Assembly: GCA_965222375.1 (NCBI GenBank) | Contig: CBDCTZ010000016.1 | Coordinates: 192,001-256,000, forward strand | Direction of reading: 5' to 3' | DNA: 64,000 nt | DNA from: Polyangiaceae bacterium | GTDB lineage: Bacteria > Myxococcota_A > Polyangia > Polyangiales > Polyangiaceae | In this document: positions 1 through 10,605 of the stretch, one piece after another | How positions within the stretch are numbered: the first letter of the stretch is position 1 | Layout of the letters: each line of letters starts with the position of its first letter | The notes under the pieces: generated by a model | What the model saw: the letters and a program-made list of their open reading frames with translations, nothing else | What the model was told of the DNA's origin: nothing | Databases searched by the model: none | Translations under genes and position numbers: made by a program

Positions 1-1
1 G

Positions 2-2521
2 GGTGTCGGTGCCCCCTTGGTCGAAAAGGCCGGTGCCAATGCCACCAAGCTCTCCGCGGCCCTGGAAGAGCGTGTGGCTGGCCTGCCCCAGGTGTCTGGC
101 GGCGGGGAGCCGAACTTCGGTCGTCGTGCCGTGCCGTTGCTCAGGCAGGCTGAAGAGGAGGCAAAGAGCCTCAAGGACGACTTCGTTTCCGTCGAGCACT
201 TCCTGCTCGCTGCCGCCAAGCACGACAAGGATGCCCAAGCGGTTTTCGATCGTCACGGCTTGTCCTACGACAAGCTGATGCACGCCCTGGCCGAGATCCG
301 GGGTAGCCAGCGGGTCACGGACCAAAACCCCGAAGGCAAATTCCAGGCGCTGGAAAAGTACACTCGGGATCTCACCACCGCCGCCCGCCGCGGCAAGATC
401 GACCCGGTGATCGGCCGTGACGAAGAAATCCGCCGCGTGCTGCAAGTGCTTTCCCGCCGCACCAAGAACAATCCGGTGCTGATCGGCGAGCCAGGTGTCG
501 GCAAGACGGCCATCGCTGAAGGCATCGCCCATCGCATTGCGAGCGGCGACGTTCCGGAGTCGGTCAAGGACAAGCGGATCTTGGCTCTCGATCTCGCCAG
601 CATGGTCGCGGGGAGCAAGTTCCGTGGCGAGTTCGAAGATCGGTTGAAAGCAGTCCTCAAGGAAGTCGAGGACAGCCAAGGCGCCGTCATTCTGTTCATC
701 GACGAGCTGCACACCCTGGTTGGCGCGGGTGCGGCCGAGGGCGCTATGGACGCAGCGAATATGCTCAAGCCAGCCCTCGCGCGCGGCGAGCTCCGCGTCA
801 TCGGTGCAACCACTCTGGACGAGTATCGCAAGCACATCGAAAAGGACGCCGCCCTGGAGCGCCGCTTTTCCCCAGTCATGGTCACTCAGCCGACTGTCGA
901 GGATACGGTCGCGATCTTGCGGGGGCTCAAAGAGCGCTACGAGACGCACCACGGCATCCACATCCAAGATGCCGCGCTGGTGGCGGCCTCGGTGCTATCG
1001 AACCGCTACATCACGGATCGCTTCCTGCCGGACAAAGCCATCGATCTGGTGGATGAAGCCGCCAGCAAGATCAAGATGGAGATCGACAGCATGCCGCTCG
1101 AGATCGATCAGGTTGACCGCAGGCTGCTGCAGCTCAAGATCGAAGAGCAGGCTCTCACCAAGGAAAAGGACAAACACAGCAAGGCCCGGCTGATCGAGCT
1201 GAAAAAGGAGATGAGCGAGTTGTCGTCCGAGCGCGACGCCATGCGCGCTCAGTGGCTCAAGGAGAAAGAGATCATCTCGGGCGTGCGCGACAAGCAGCGC
1301 GAGCTGGAAGAGCTGCGCGTGAACGAAGAGCAGGCTCGTCGCGAGGGCGACTTGGGTCGCGCTGCCGAGATCCAGTACGGCAAAGCGCCTGCGCTGGAAA
1401 AGGACATCGAGGGCCTGCGCCAGGAACTCACGCGAGTGCAGGAAGCGGGCTCGTACCTTCGAGAGGAAGTCACTGACGAGGACATCGCTCAGATCATCAG
1501 CAAGTGGACCGGTGTGCCCGTGTCCAAGATGCTGGAGAGCGAAATGCAGAAGCTGCTCCACATGGAGCAGAACATGAAGCTGCGCGTCGTGGGCCAGGAC
1601 GACTCGCTGATCGCCGTTGCCAACGCGGTGCGGCGCTCCCGCGCGGGTCTCGGCGACACTCAACGCCCGATTGGCTCATTCCTGTTCCTCGGACCCACGG
1701 GAGTTGGCAAGACCGAGACCGCGAAAGCTTTGGCCGAGTTCTTGTTCGATGACGAGCGCGCCATGATCCGCGTGGACATGAGCGAGTACATGGAGCGCCA
1801 TGCCGTCTCGCGACTGATCGGCGCCCCCCCGGGCTATGTCGGCTACGACGAGGGCGGGCAGCTCACGGAGCCCGTGCGGCGCCGTCCCTACAGTGTCGTG
1901 CTCTTCGACGAAGTGGAAAAGGCGCACCCGGACGTGTTCAACACGCTGCTCCAACTTCTGGATGACGGCCGGTTGACCGATGGCCAGGGGCGCACCGTCG
2001 ACTTCAAGAACACGGTGATTATCCTTACGAGCAACATCGCTACGGATGAGCTCGCCAGCATCGAGGAACGCAACAATCTCGAAGACGAGGACAAGGTGGA
2101 GCTTCTGAAGCGCAAGGCCATGGAGTCCCTGCGCGGCCACTTCCGCCCTGAGTTCATCAACCGCCTCGACGAGATCGTGGTGTACCGCCGCCTGGGTCGC
2201 GATCAGATCCGCAACATCGTCGAGATTCAGCTGCGGCAGCTCGCCGACCGCCTCACTTCTCGGGACATCACTCTGAGTGTGACCAGTGACGGCAAAGACT
2301 TCCTGGCAGAGGTAGGCTTCGACCCGCAGTTCGGTGCTCGACCTCTCAAGCGTGCGATCCAGAAACATCTGGAAGACGCCCTGGCCCAGCAGCTCCTCTC
2401 TGGAGATCTGGTGCCGGGGCAACGGGTGGAAGTGGATCGCGGTCCCGACGGCCTGACGATTCGAGCCCAGGCACCCTTCGCGGCATCCGAGGCCCCCCCA
2501 CGGCCCACCGCCGAGGCCTGA
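2..2521 (+). CDS. clpB: ATP-dependent chaperone ClpB (5' end lies outside the window)
   Basis: Two AAA+ modules ([32 protein letters not shown]) and a coiled-coil middle domain. The frame is open to the window start. Confidence 0.97.
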   Translation, partial: GVGAPLVEKAGANATKLSAALEERVAGLPQVSGGGEPNFGRRAVPLLRQAEEEAKSLKDDFVSVEHFLLAAAKHDKDAQAVFDRHGLSYDKLMHALAEIRGSQRVTDQNPEGKFQALEKYTRDLTTAARRGKIDPVIGRDEEIRRVLQVLSRRTKNNPVLIGEPGVGKTAIAEGIAHRIASGDVPESVKDKRILALDLASMVAGSKFRGEFEDRLKAVLKEVEDSQGAVILFIDELHTLVGAGAAEGAMDAANMLKPALARGELRVIGATTLDEYRKHIEKDAALERRFSPVMVTQPTVEDTVAILRGLKERYETHHGIHIQDAALVAASVLSNRYITDRFLPDKAIDLVDEAASKIKMEIDSMPLEIDQVDRRLLQLKIEEQALTKEKDKHSKARLIELKKEMSELSSERDAMRAQWLKEKEIISGVRDKQRELEELRVNEEQARREGDLGRAAEIQYGKAPALEKDIEGLRQELTRVQEAGSYLREEVTDEDIAQIISKWTGVPVSKMLESEMQKLLHMEQNMKLRVVGQDDSLIAVANAVRRSRAGLGDTQRPIGSFLFLGPTGVGKTETAKALAEFLFDDERAMIRVDMSEYMERHAVSRLIGAPPGYVGYDEGGQLTEPVRRRPYSVVLFDEVEKAHPDVFNTLLQLLDDGRLTDGQGRTVDFKNTVIILTSNIATDELASIEERNNLEDEDKVELLKRKAMESLRGHFRPEFINRLDEIVVYRRLGRDQIRNIVEIQLRQLADRLTSRDITLSVTSDGKDFLAEVGFDPQFGARPLKRAIQKHLEDALAQQLLSGDLVPGQRVEVDRGPDGLTIRAQAPFAASEAPPRPTAEA

Positions 2522-2605
2522 TCGCCGTCATCCAGAGCTGCGGATCCCAGGTCACCCGGGGCTCAAGGACCGCGTCATTCGGCCGTTCAATTCTCTACAC
2601 GGCCA

Positions 2606-3334
2606 ATGATCTCTGACACGGTTTACGACGGATTCGCCAGTTTGCCTCAGGAGGACAAAGACCTCCTGGAAGAGTTCGAGCGCCTGCGGCGCAAGTTGTG
2701 GCTTTCCCCGGAAGACGCCGTGGAGGAGCTGTACCTTCTGGAATGGCGGATCGGCACTCGCCTGGGCGAGCTGCGCGAGACCCTGGCCGGCGCCCGGCGT
2801 CGAGACTCGGGGATCCCGGCGCCGACGGAACCCGTGCCCGCCGACGATTCACCTGCGCTCGACGCTCCTACGGGTCTGTTCGGCGAGGTGTACTTGCGGG
2901 AGCACCTGCCCGCGGAAGTCGGTCGGGCCAAGCGGCGGCGCGGCTGTGTGGCCGTTCTGGTGGTGGACGTGGATCGCCTCGCCTGTGGAGACGCCCACAT
3001 GCGGGTCGTGGCGCAAGAAGTCCTGGATGAATTGCGCGGCGTCTGTGTGAGGATCGAGCGAGCGCCGTTTGCGGTGCGCACCGGCGGCACCGAGGTGGTT
3101 GCGGTGGTGCCCGACCTGGACCAGCCGGGTGCCGGCGCTCTTGCCGAGCGCATACACGCTCGGGTGGTGCGTAGATTGAATCAAGCAAGCTCGGGGCCAG
3201 AAGACCGCATGACCGCCAGCGTTGGCTTTGGTGCTCTGCGCCCCGATGACGATTCGGACGCCCTGCTCTCGCGCGCAAGGCGCGGCCTCGTGCAGGCTCA
3301 GCGTGCCGGGTGCAATCGCGTCGCCGCCGCCTAG
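2606..3334 (+). CDS. Degenerate GGDEF-domain protein
   Basis: GGDEF-like motifs D-x-x-TGL, VLVVDVD and TASVG, and a C-terminal A..AG.NRV. The active-site signature reads GGTEV instead of GG[DE]EF. Confidence 0.75.
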   Translation: MISDTVYDGFASLPQEDKDLLEEFERLRRKLWLSPEDAVEELYLLEWRIGTRLGELRETLAGARRRDSGIPAPTEPVPADDSPALDAPTGLFGEVYLREHLPAEVGRAKRRRGCVAVLVVDVDRLACGDAHMRVVAQEVLDELRGVCVRIERAPFAVRTGGTEVVAVVPDLDQPGAGALAERIHARVVRRLNQASSGPEDRMTASVGFGALRPDDDSDALLSRARRGLVQAQRAGCNRVAAA

Positions 3335-3909
3335 CCCGGGCGCGGCTCGAGGTCCCAACTCCGCAGTGCCCGATACCGCGCGCCGCTCTGCGCCAACACC
3401 GACTCGAAGAGGACAACTCGGGACAAGAGCAGAGGGCCTGGAGCATTCAGCATGTCCAGGGCTGATGCTGAAATGGCGCCCCGGCGCTTCAACCGAGCCA
3501 GGGTCACGTGGGGCACGTAGGCTCGGGATTCACCTGAGCTGCCCAGCTCATTTGCGCGGGCGTCAACGATTCGTGCCAGCTCTCGCAAATCCTCCGAAGC
3601 ACCGAGTTGTGCGACGAAGACGGAGGCGCGGGTGGTGTTCGGAAACCCCATCAAGCCAAGACACTCGGTCGCCAAGGGCTCGACCGGGTCGAGCTGCTCG
3701 TCGAGGAAGTTCGCCAGGGCGTCGAGGTTCTCGTCGGTCACGTTGCCCAAGAAGCGCAGCGTGACGTGCATGTTTTTCGGGCGCACCCAGCGCGGGGACA
3801 GCTTGGACAGCGCCCCATCGCGACGCAAAGCGTCGCAGCAGTCGAACAGGGCGCTGCGGAGTTGCTCGGGCACCTCGAAGGCCAAGAACGCGCGCTTCGT
3901 GCCCGTCAC
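3331..3909 (-). CDS. thpR: RNA 2',3'-cyclic phosphodiesterase (2H family)
   Basis: Two HxT motifs (MHVTLRFLG, PHVTLAR) and an RAFLA N-terminus. Directly downstream of cinA. Confidence 0.92.
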   Translation of the reverse strand: MTGTKRAFLAFEVPEQLRSALFDCCDALRRDGALSKLSPRWVRPKNMHVTLRFLGNVTDENLDALANFLDEQLDPVEPLATECLGLMGFPNTTRASVFVAQLGASEDLRELARIVDARANELGSSGESRAYVPHVTLARLKRRGAISASALDMLNAPGPLLLSRVVLFESVLAQSGARYRALRSWDLEPRPG

Positions 3910-5150
3910 GGATCGTGACCATTCCTGAGTACGTTCCGCAGAAGTGCGAGCACCGCAAAGGTGGAGAGCTGTCGGACCTGCGGTCGCGAGCCTGGAAAAC
4001 GCATTTGGCGATCGCTGACGCCATCCCGGGTCGCGACCGCGAAGTGCACCAAGCCCAAGGGCTTTTCCGGCGTACCCCCAGTAGGGCCCGCAATGCCCGT
4101 CGTTGCCACTGCCACATCCACGCCCAACGCCGACAGTGCGCCCTTCGCCATGGCGCGCGCGGTCTCAGCACTCACGGCGCCATGCTCCGCCAGCACCTCT
4201 TCCGGCACGTTGAGCGCCCGGGTCTTCACGTGGTTGGCGTAGCTCACCACACCCCCATCGAAGAAGGCACTGGCGCCGCCTCGCTCGGTGAGCACTTCGC
4301 CGACCATGCCGCCGGTGCAGGACTCGGCGGCGCCCAGCTTCAGTCCGGCCTGCTCCAGGAGCTGCCCAATCGCTTCGGCAAAGGTGACGTCTCCCTCCGC
4401 GTAGACCACGTCGTCGCCCAGGCGCTTGCGAACTTCGTCCGCTGCACCCCGGGCGCGCTGCTTAGCATGGTCCGCGTCGCTGTCTCGAGCGACGACTTTG
4501 ACTTCGATCTCCGGAAAGTGGGCTCGATAGGCGAGAGTGACCTGGTGCTCGGCCTCGATCCCCGCGAGCCGGTCGTTGACCGAGGACTCGGGCATTCCGA
4601 AGCTCTTGAGTCGGATTTGATGTATGGCGCCGGTGACGGAAGCGCTCAATTCCGGACCGACTAGCTCCGAGAACATCGTCTTCATCTCCCTGGGTACTCC
4701 GGGCATGAAGAACGCCTTGGCGGAGCCGATCTGCGTCGCGAACCCAGGTGCGGTTCCCTTTCGATTGGCGAGCACTTGCGCGCCGCGTGGAAAGTCCGCT
4801 TGCTTTTCGTTGCTGGTCGCCATCGTGCGTCCAAAGCGCGCCATGCGCTCTCTAATCGTCTCCAGGGATTCGGCGTCGCGTTCGAGGGGCACTTCGAGCA
4901 AGGCCGCGACGCACTCGCTGGTCATGTCATCCGTGGTCGGGCCCAAGCCGCCCGTGCACAGAATCACCGTGTGGGATTCGCCGAGTCGGCGCAGGGTCGA
5001 CACGATTCGCGCTTGATCATCCGGGATCGCCTGCATCTCGGTGACTTCGAGGCCCAGCCCGACCAGTGTGTCCGCGAGCCAGCTGGCATTCGTATTGACG
5101 ATCTCGCCTCGGGTGATCTCGGTTCCAATCGCGAGGATGGCGGCGCTCAT
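3906..5150 (-). CDS. cinA: Competence/damage-inducible protein CinA (MoCF-like domain plus NMN deamidase)
   Basis: IGTEI..G...NTN, GGLGPTTDD, AESCTGG and TTGIAGP motifs. Confidence 0.95.
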   Translation of the reverse strand: MSAAILAIGTEITRGEIVNTNASWLADTLVGLGLEVTEMQAIPDDQARIVSTLRRLGESHTVILCTGGLGPTTDDMTSECVAALLEVPLERDAESLETIRERMARFGRTMATSNEKQADFPRGAQVLANRKGTAPGFATQIGSAKAFFMPGVPREMKTMFSELVGPELSASVTGAIHQIRLKSFGMPESSVNDRLAGIEAEHQVTLAYRAHFPEIEVKVVARDSDADHAKQRARGAADEVRKRLGDDVVYAEGDVTFAEAIGQLLEQAGLKLGAAESCTGGMVGEVLTERGGASAFFDGGVVSYANHVKTRALNVPEEVLAEHGAVSAETARAMAKGALSALGVDVAVATTGIAGPTGGTPEKPLGLVHFAVATRDGVSDRQMRFPGSRPQVRQLSTFAVLALLRNVLRNGHDP

Positions 5151-5201
5151 GGCGAGTACTGTGCCACAGCCGGGTGGCGGTCCGTGGAGGAAGAAACGGT
5201 G

Positions 5202-6431
5202 CTAGAGATCCGGGCGCACCAAGTCGTAGCCGTGATTGCCCTCGTACAGGCGCACCTCATCGAAGTACAGCTCTCGGTGCGTGATGCCCGCGTTGATGGA
5301 ATTCTCGACGTCGGTCTTGCCCTTCCAACGCCAGTAGTACATGCCGAACTTGAATCGGCCGCCGTTGCCCACTCCGTCGTAAACGGTCTTCAAGTTGAGG
5401 TTGGTCAGAACCTTCGAGCCGTTGCGCCAGACTTCGACCTGCCCGCCGGAGTTCTTCCAGACGATACGCACGACCCAGTCCATCCACTTTCCGCGCTCGA
5501 TCGCTCCGCAATCGTGTCCGCGAGGCTTCACGAACAGGAGGTTGCATTCGACGCGGTCGCCCATGACTTCGAACGCAACTGCGGGTGAGCCGGGTAGTCC
5601 GTGCTGCCACTGAGCGAAGGCAAAGCGGATTTCGTTGGCGATCGCGCTGGGCGCGAACACGAAGTTGGTTGGAAAGTAGGTGCTGAAGCCGTACCAACGC
5701 TCCACCCCGCTCGGGGGTAGCATGTTCCAGCCCTGCGGGTTTTTTGAGTCAATGCGCAGTTCGTTCCTGTGAGTCGCTTCGAAAGGCGCGGTCGGGAAGT
5801 TTCCGTCCGGCTGCGTCGGTTCGAGATAGAACTGGACTGAGTTCGACCCCTTGCGTGCCTGGCTGGTGGAGCGCTGTGACTTCAGGACCTTCAGTTCGTC
5901 GTCTCCGACGAAGACACACACGTCACGCCGGAACGTATCGTTGTAGTTGTTGCCAAAGCAGCCGTTGCTCTTCGCGAGCTCGGAAGCCGTGCGTTTTTGG
6001 ACGGGGTTGAAGCTACCTTCGAAGTCTTCGTAGATGACAGCGCTGCCACTGGCGCATCCCCCGCCGCAGTCCGCCGCGCAGGTCTTGCAATCCTCCTTTG
6101 CGGCGCAGGTCCCGTCTCCACAGACGGCAGGTGTGCATTTTCCGCAGTCGGCTTCGCAGCTCTTGCAGTCTTCGTTGGCGTTGCACGATCCGTCGCCACA
6201 GCCCCCCGAGCCAGAGCTGCCCGCACTACCACTCGTGCCGGCGCCCCCGGACTTCCCGGCCGCCCCGCCACTGGAAGCGGCTCCCTGGCCGCCGCTTCCG
6301 CCGGCGACTCCGCCGCTGCCCCCGGCCCCGCCCGAGGCGGCGCCGCCATCCTCGTCAGAAGACGAGCAAGCGCTGATGAAGATGGCCCCTGAAGCGGCCA
6401 GGAGAAGGATCGAAAATCGTTTCAGCAACAC
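5202..6431 (-). CDS. Secreted lipoprotein with Gly linker, Cys-rich repeats and a polysaccharide-lyase-like (heparin lyase/jelly-roll) domain
   Basis: Lipobox-like ISAC, CGDG repeats, and motifs HRNEL, WYGFS, FAQWQH, GKWMDW, FKFGMY, YFDEVR. The start codon (GTG at 6431) is uncertain. Confidence 0.7.
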   Translation of the reverse strand: MLLKRFSILLLAASGAIFISACSSSDEDGGAASGGAGGSGGVAGGSGGQGAASSGGAAGKSGGAGTSGSAGSSGSGGCGDGSCNANEDCKSCEADCGKCTPAVCGDGTCAAKEDCKTCAADCGGGCASGSAVIYEDFEGSFNPVQKRTASELAKSNGCFGNNYNDTFRRDVCVFVGDDELKVLKSQRSTSQARKGSNSVQFYLEPTQPDGNFPTAPFEATHRNELRIDSKNPQGWNMLPPSGVERWYGFSTYFPTNFVFAPSAIANEIRFAFAQWQHGLPGSPAVAFEVMGDRVECNLLFVKPRGHDCGAIERGKWMDWVVRIVWKNSGGQVEVWRNGSKVLTNLNLKTVYDGVGNGGRFKFGMYYWRWKGKTDVENSINAGITHRELYFDEVRLYEGNHGYDLVRPDL

Positions 6432-6606
6432 GTTAGGCGCGCTCCATTTCTTTCTTGGAGGAAGTTTCACGCACCTCGCGGGGTTTCGCAACGCTCCCAG
6501 CAAGCGTTCGTGATCCGCGTCGTGCTAGACCGTCGCGGCTGCGCGGTCGATTACGTCGGATTACAATTGCGACGCCGATGCCGCTCTCTGCGGAAGGGCT
6601 GAAGGG

Positions 6607-7464
6607 CTAACGATAGACACAGCGAAACCCCGTCTGCGCCGGAGTGGGGTCTGCTACCGGCCGCGCTGCGGGTTTCAGTTCCGCTGCCAGCCGTGACGCG
6701 AAGGATCCGCCCAACGCCATGTAGCGGCCGTCGGGAGCGCGTGCCCACTCGGCCAAGTTGCCAGCAAGATCGTGGACGCCCTCGGGCGTGGCGCCGTCAG
6801 GGCGCGCACCGGCCAGGTCTGGCCCCATCGCGCCGCTGCCACAGGGTCCGCTCTCCAAGCCGAAGCTAGCGCGGCGGCAAACGAGACCCGTTTGGCCCCA
6901 GGGAAATCGCCTTGCAGACGTTCCCATCGCCGCGGCGAGCCACTCGTCCACCAGAGGTAGCCGCCCCCCGGCCCAAGCGCAAAAAGTGGCGGCCTGCTTC
7001 GGCGAGACCTCTCGAACGGGTCGCCCAGGCTCGCCCTGCCGAGCCGCGCAGATCCCGGCGGCCGCGCAGGGCTGCCACTGAGAGAGCGTGACTTCGTGAG
7101 AGTCGATTTGGAAGGCGACGATCTTCACCGTGCGGCGCCCCTTGGTCATCTTGGGCTCCCAATCCGCGACGGACAGCTCGAAACTGCCACCCGGGATGTT
7201 CACGCGCGTCACTCGGGCTACGCAGCCCGCCTTGGTTGGTTGCATCCCACTGCCACAGGCCGTGGGCGTGCCCGTGCAGCGCCCGGCCTCCTCCTGCTGC
7301 CCGACGCCGCAGCAACGGGACGCGCCCGCCTCGAGCCCGGGAGGACAGCGCTGTGGACGCTCTCGCTCACCGCCGCCGAGGATCAAGACCGGAATCAGGA
7401 CGCCAGCGGCCAGTAGGGCGAGTCCGCCTGCGAGCAGATAGCTCTTCCAATAGGATCGATGCAT
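6607..7464 (-). CDS. Formylglycine-generating-enzyme (SUMF1/FGE-sulfatase) domain protein
   Basis: F.ID.HEVT, FCAWAGGRLP..EW, DLAGNLAEW and GFRC motifs. N-terminal TM/signal segment. Confidence 0.85.
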   Translation of the reverse strand: MHRSYWKSYLLAGGLALLAAGVLIPVLILGGGERERPQRCPPGLEAGASRCCGVGQQEEAGRCTGTPTACGSGMQPTKAGCVARVTRVNIPGGSFELSVADWEPKMTKGRRTVKIVAFQIDSHEVTLSQWQPCAAAGICAARQGEPGRPVREVSPKQAATFCAWAGGRLPLVDEWLAAAMGTSARRFPWGQTGLVCRRASFGLESGPCGSGAMGPDLAGARPDGATPEGVHDLAGNLAEWARAPDGRYMALGGSFASRLAAELKPAARPVADPTPAQTGFRCVYR

Positions 7465-7494
7465 GCTCGTCCAGAACGGATGGCGCGCTTTTTT

Positions 7495-7920
7495 CTAGCC
7501 ACTGTCCGCGCAGCTGCCCTCGCACTCCCACTTGCCGTTTACGCAGACAGGATTTCCGCACAGGCAGGAGAAGCTTCCGGTGCAACCGCCGTCGCCGCCC
7601 GCATCACTGCCTGCCTCCGCAGCGTTAGGAAGACAGCACTGTTGAGAGCAGCCCCCACAGGTATCGCAGGGCTGAGGACAGTCGTTGGTCAGCGGCGCCG
7701 GGGCCAAGTGGTAGCCGGGGTCGCAGCCCCCTGCGCAGCCGCAGACGCCGCCGGCTTGGACGCAGCCCTGTCCGGGCGGAGGTGAGTCGGCTTTCGCGTC
7801 GCTAGTACCTCCGCCGCTGCCAGTGCTTCCCCCAGTGCCAGAACCGCCGGAGCCGCTCGACCCACAGGCCACGACCAGGGAGACGGCCAGCCCCAACACC
7901 AAACCCCGTGCGCTCACCAT
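7495..7920 (-). CDS. Small Cys-rich lipoprotein
   Basis: Lipobox LVVAC, Gly/Ser linker, many cysteines. Confidence 0.7.
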   Translation of the reverse strand: MVSARGLVLGLAVSLVVACGSSGSGGSGTGGSTGSGGGTSDAKADSPPPGQGCVQAGGVCGCAGGCDPGYHLAPAPLTNDCPQPCDTCGGCSQQCCLPNAAEAGSDAGGDGGCTGSFSCLCGNPVCVNGKWECEGSCADSG

Positions 7921-7972
7921 TCCGGCATTCTAGCAGAGCTTGCTGGGATCGGATTTCCCTGGCCCAACTCGC

Positions 7973-10513
7973 TCACGCTTCTGTCCGGCGTAGCCGATGT
8001 CGGATGACCTCCCAAATGGGTGTGGACTCGTAGTCCATGCCTTTCCAGTCGTCCTCACGGAATGAGTAAAACGCCCAATGGAAGCCGCGGGCCTCGATGA
8101 TCGACAGCAAGTCGTCGAGGTACTCGCGGGCTCCGGGGTTGTTACGGAAGCAACCGAACTCGCCCGCGAAAATGCGCGTTGGCGCTAGCTTGTGCCTGCG
8201 TTGCCAGGTTGCAACCGGCTCCAGGAAAGCCTCGAGGCGGCTCCTGTTCCACTCTTCGGTGTCCCTCGGGCTGTCAGCATCCTTGGGAACGTGGCCAGGG
8301 TAGCGGAAGCGACCCCGGTTGCGACGGCTCGTGAACAGCCACGGCTCGTACATGTGAAAGGAATAGAGCACGTTGTCGTCCGGCAGCGGCTCCAGGGCAC
8401 CGAACGTGGCTGGCGACGCGTCCAACGAGCTTTCCACGATGATGGGCGTCGTGGGATCGACGGCTCGGATGGCAGCGTGCAGCCTGCGGTACAGCTGATT
8501 CGGGTCTGCAACGGTTTCGTGAGCCTTGCGCTGCCACGCAGCCAGCTTGGGATCATGCGCGTCGAAGATGTTGTCGCCTGCCTCCGGACGGGGCTCGTTG
8601 AGTAGGTCGTAGGCGACCAGCGCAGGGTGATCGCCCAGGGTCATCGCGATCTGTTGCCAGAACAGGGCAGCTTTGGCGTGAAACGCCTCACTTCGCCAAA
8701 GGCGGAGATCGTTCTTGTCGTCGTTGTGTTGTTTCCAGCGCGCGCCTGGCAACGACAGAGTGGTGAGAACCACGGGCAGGCGTTCCGCAAGCGCCTCGTC
8801 CAGGACTCGTCGCACGCGGGCTACGTCCCGCTGCACCAGCTCTGAAAACGTGCTGGCGTCTCCCAGGAGGAAGTCGCGACGTGCGGTGTGCCATTTGTTT
8901 GGTGCCAGACGCACGAACTCGATGCCGGCATCGCGCGCCGCTCGCAGCCGTTTTCTGGTTTCGACCAGGTTGAACAAATTCGCGCCACGTCGGCGCTTCG
9001 TCCAGAAGGACGGCCGGTCGCTGCGCGCCGCGCGGCGGGATGCTTGTGCAATCAGGCGTGAGGGATCCCGTTCGAGGCTGCGCAGGGCGTTCCGTGCCTC
9101 GTTGCACTCGGGCAGAGAGCTCGTCGCGCAGCGCTTGCCCAATTGCGTGATGGCATTCAGGCGTGAGGCAGACGTTCCAGGTCCTCGGGCAGCGACGAGC
9201 AACTCACGCATGGTTCGTTTCGGCGGCGGCGGCGGTACCGCGGGGACCTGAGACAGCAGATTGCGGAAATGGCGCGGAAGCCGAAGTGCACGGGAAAGAT
9301 CAGCGGAAGTCCTCGGGCCACCTTTCCGTGTCTCAGCGACGAAGCGTCGCACGCCCGCGAAGAACGCCGCGTCGCCGATGTGCCTGCGAATTGCGTCGAG
9401 CACGAGGAAGCCGCGCGCGTATGGCCAGGGACCCCCAACTCTTTCTGGTGGGGCGCCATGCCTCAACCGTAGCGGGCGGCCTTTGCCGTCGCGCAGCAAG
9501 CGCTCCTGGCGCCGCGTGGCGAGCGCGAGTTCTCGCTCGTATTCTGACCTGCCCCAGCGCTGTTCCTTCCACGCCGCGGTCATGAACGTCGCGAACCCTT
9601 CGTTGAGCCAGAACTCGGACCAGGCGGCGCAGGTTGCGAGATTGCCCCACCAAGCGTGGGAGAGCTCGTGCGCTAGCAACCAGTCTTCGCGCCCATCGGC
9701 GAGGAGTTCATGCGCATAGCCGTCGCGCACCAGCGCGAAGCTGGCGTATTCCTGCGCGACGCGTCCTCGCGCAAAGACGAACCTGAACCTCTTCTCCGGG
9801 TAGGGCAGACCGCTCGTCTTCTCGAAGAAGTGGAGCATGCCCTCCAGTTCCTGCAGAGCTCCGGCAACGTCCCGCGGCGCCCGTCGGGAGCCGAGTACCT
9901 CGAGACTCACTCCGGACGCGCTTCGTCGACTTTCACTCCAGAAATCGCCGGCAGCAAAGCCGTGCACGTAGGCTGGATAGGTGTGGGACAGTCCGGTCGA
10001 ATCGATGCGAGCAAAGTGCGTCGGCAGCCGAAGCCGGAGTTCAAAATCGGCGCGATGGTCCGGCGCGAAGATGCAGGGCATCCAGCGCCGGGTATCGAAC
10101 GCCGTATAGATTTGGTCTCGAAATACGTGCAGTCCCTTGGACGCGGGAGCGACGTAGCGAAGGCGGAAAAAGCGCCGTTCCCCAGGGAGCCAACCTCGGG
10201 GCGTCGATAGCTCGATGGTTGTGGCAGAGCGCCTGTATTTCACGGACGCAGCGAGCACGTCGAGCCCAACAGCATCGAGCACGAGCGGCTCACGCCCCAC
10301 CGCGACCTCGAGCTCCAGCTCGGCGGAAAACGGTGGTTTCAGCTTGCGAAGATCGAGGCCCAAGCCATAGCGCAGGATGGCTGCTCGCTCATTGGGTTCG
10401 CTGGTCGCATCCCTTCCAGTTGCGCGCTTCGACAGGTGCGGCGCCGCAGCGCAGCCAGAAAGGGCTAGGGCGGCGTGAGCGATGAGGGCACGGCGGGACA
10501 CTTCGACAGACAT
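7973..10513 (-). CDS. M1-family metallo-aminopeptidase fused to a GH5 (cellulase family) glycoside hydrolase
   Basis: N-half: AHELSHAWWGN...WLNEGFAT (HExxH...E). C-half: YDLLNEP, YSFHMYEP, GEFG and WAFY (GH5). Tat-like SRRALI N-terminus followed by LSGC. Confidence 0.8.
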   Translation of the reverse strand: MSVEVSRRALIAHAALALSGCAAAPHLSKRATGRDATSEPNERAAILRYGLGLDLRKLKPPFSAELELEVAVGREPLVLDAVGLDVLAASVKYRRSATTIELSTPRGWLPGERRFFRLRYVAPASKGLHVFRDQIYTAFDTRRWMPCIFAPDHRADFELRLRLPTHFARIDSTGLSHTYPAYVHGFAAGDFWSESRRSASGVSLEVLGSRRAPRDVAGALQELEGMLHFFEKTSGLPYPEKRFRFVFARGRVAQEYASFALVRDGYAHELLADGREDWLLAHELSHAWWGNLATCAAWSEFWLNEGFATFMTAAWKEQRWGRSEYERELALATRRQERLLRDGKGRPLRLRHGAPPERVGGPWPYARGFLVLDAIRRHIGDAAFFAGVRRFVAETRKGGPRTSADLSRALRLPRHFRNLLSQVPAVPPPPPKRTMRELLVAARGPGTSASRLNAITQLGKRCATSSLPECNEARNALRSLERDPSRLIAQASRRAARSDRPSFWTKRRRGANLFNLVETRKRLRAARDAGIEFVRLAPNKWHTARRDFLLGDASTFSELVQRDVARVRRVLDEALAERLPVVLTTLSLPGARWKQHNDDKNDLRLWRSEAFHAKAALFWQQIAMTLGDHPALVAYDLLNEPRPEAGDNIFDAHDPKLAAWQRKAHETVADPNQLYRRLHAAIRAVDPTTPIIVESSLDASPATFGALEPLPDDNVLYSFHMYEPWLFTSRRNRGRFRYPGHVPKDADSPRDTEEWNRSRLEAFLEPVATWQRRHKLAPTRIFAGEFGCFRNNPGAREYLDDLLSIIEARGFHWAFYSFREDDWKGMDYESTPIWEVIRHRLRRTEA

Positions 10514-10605
10514 CGCCTAACCCGCTCAACGCCCCTGTTTCTTCGAGTCCGCCCTTGCGCGAACTCGGAAACTGATTAACTCAAGGCTCCACAGGGGACG
10601 CAAGC

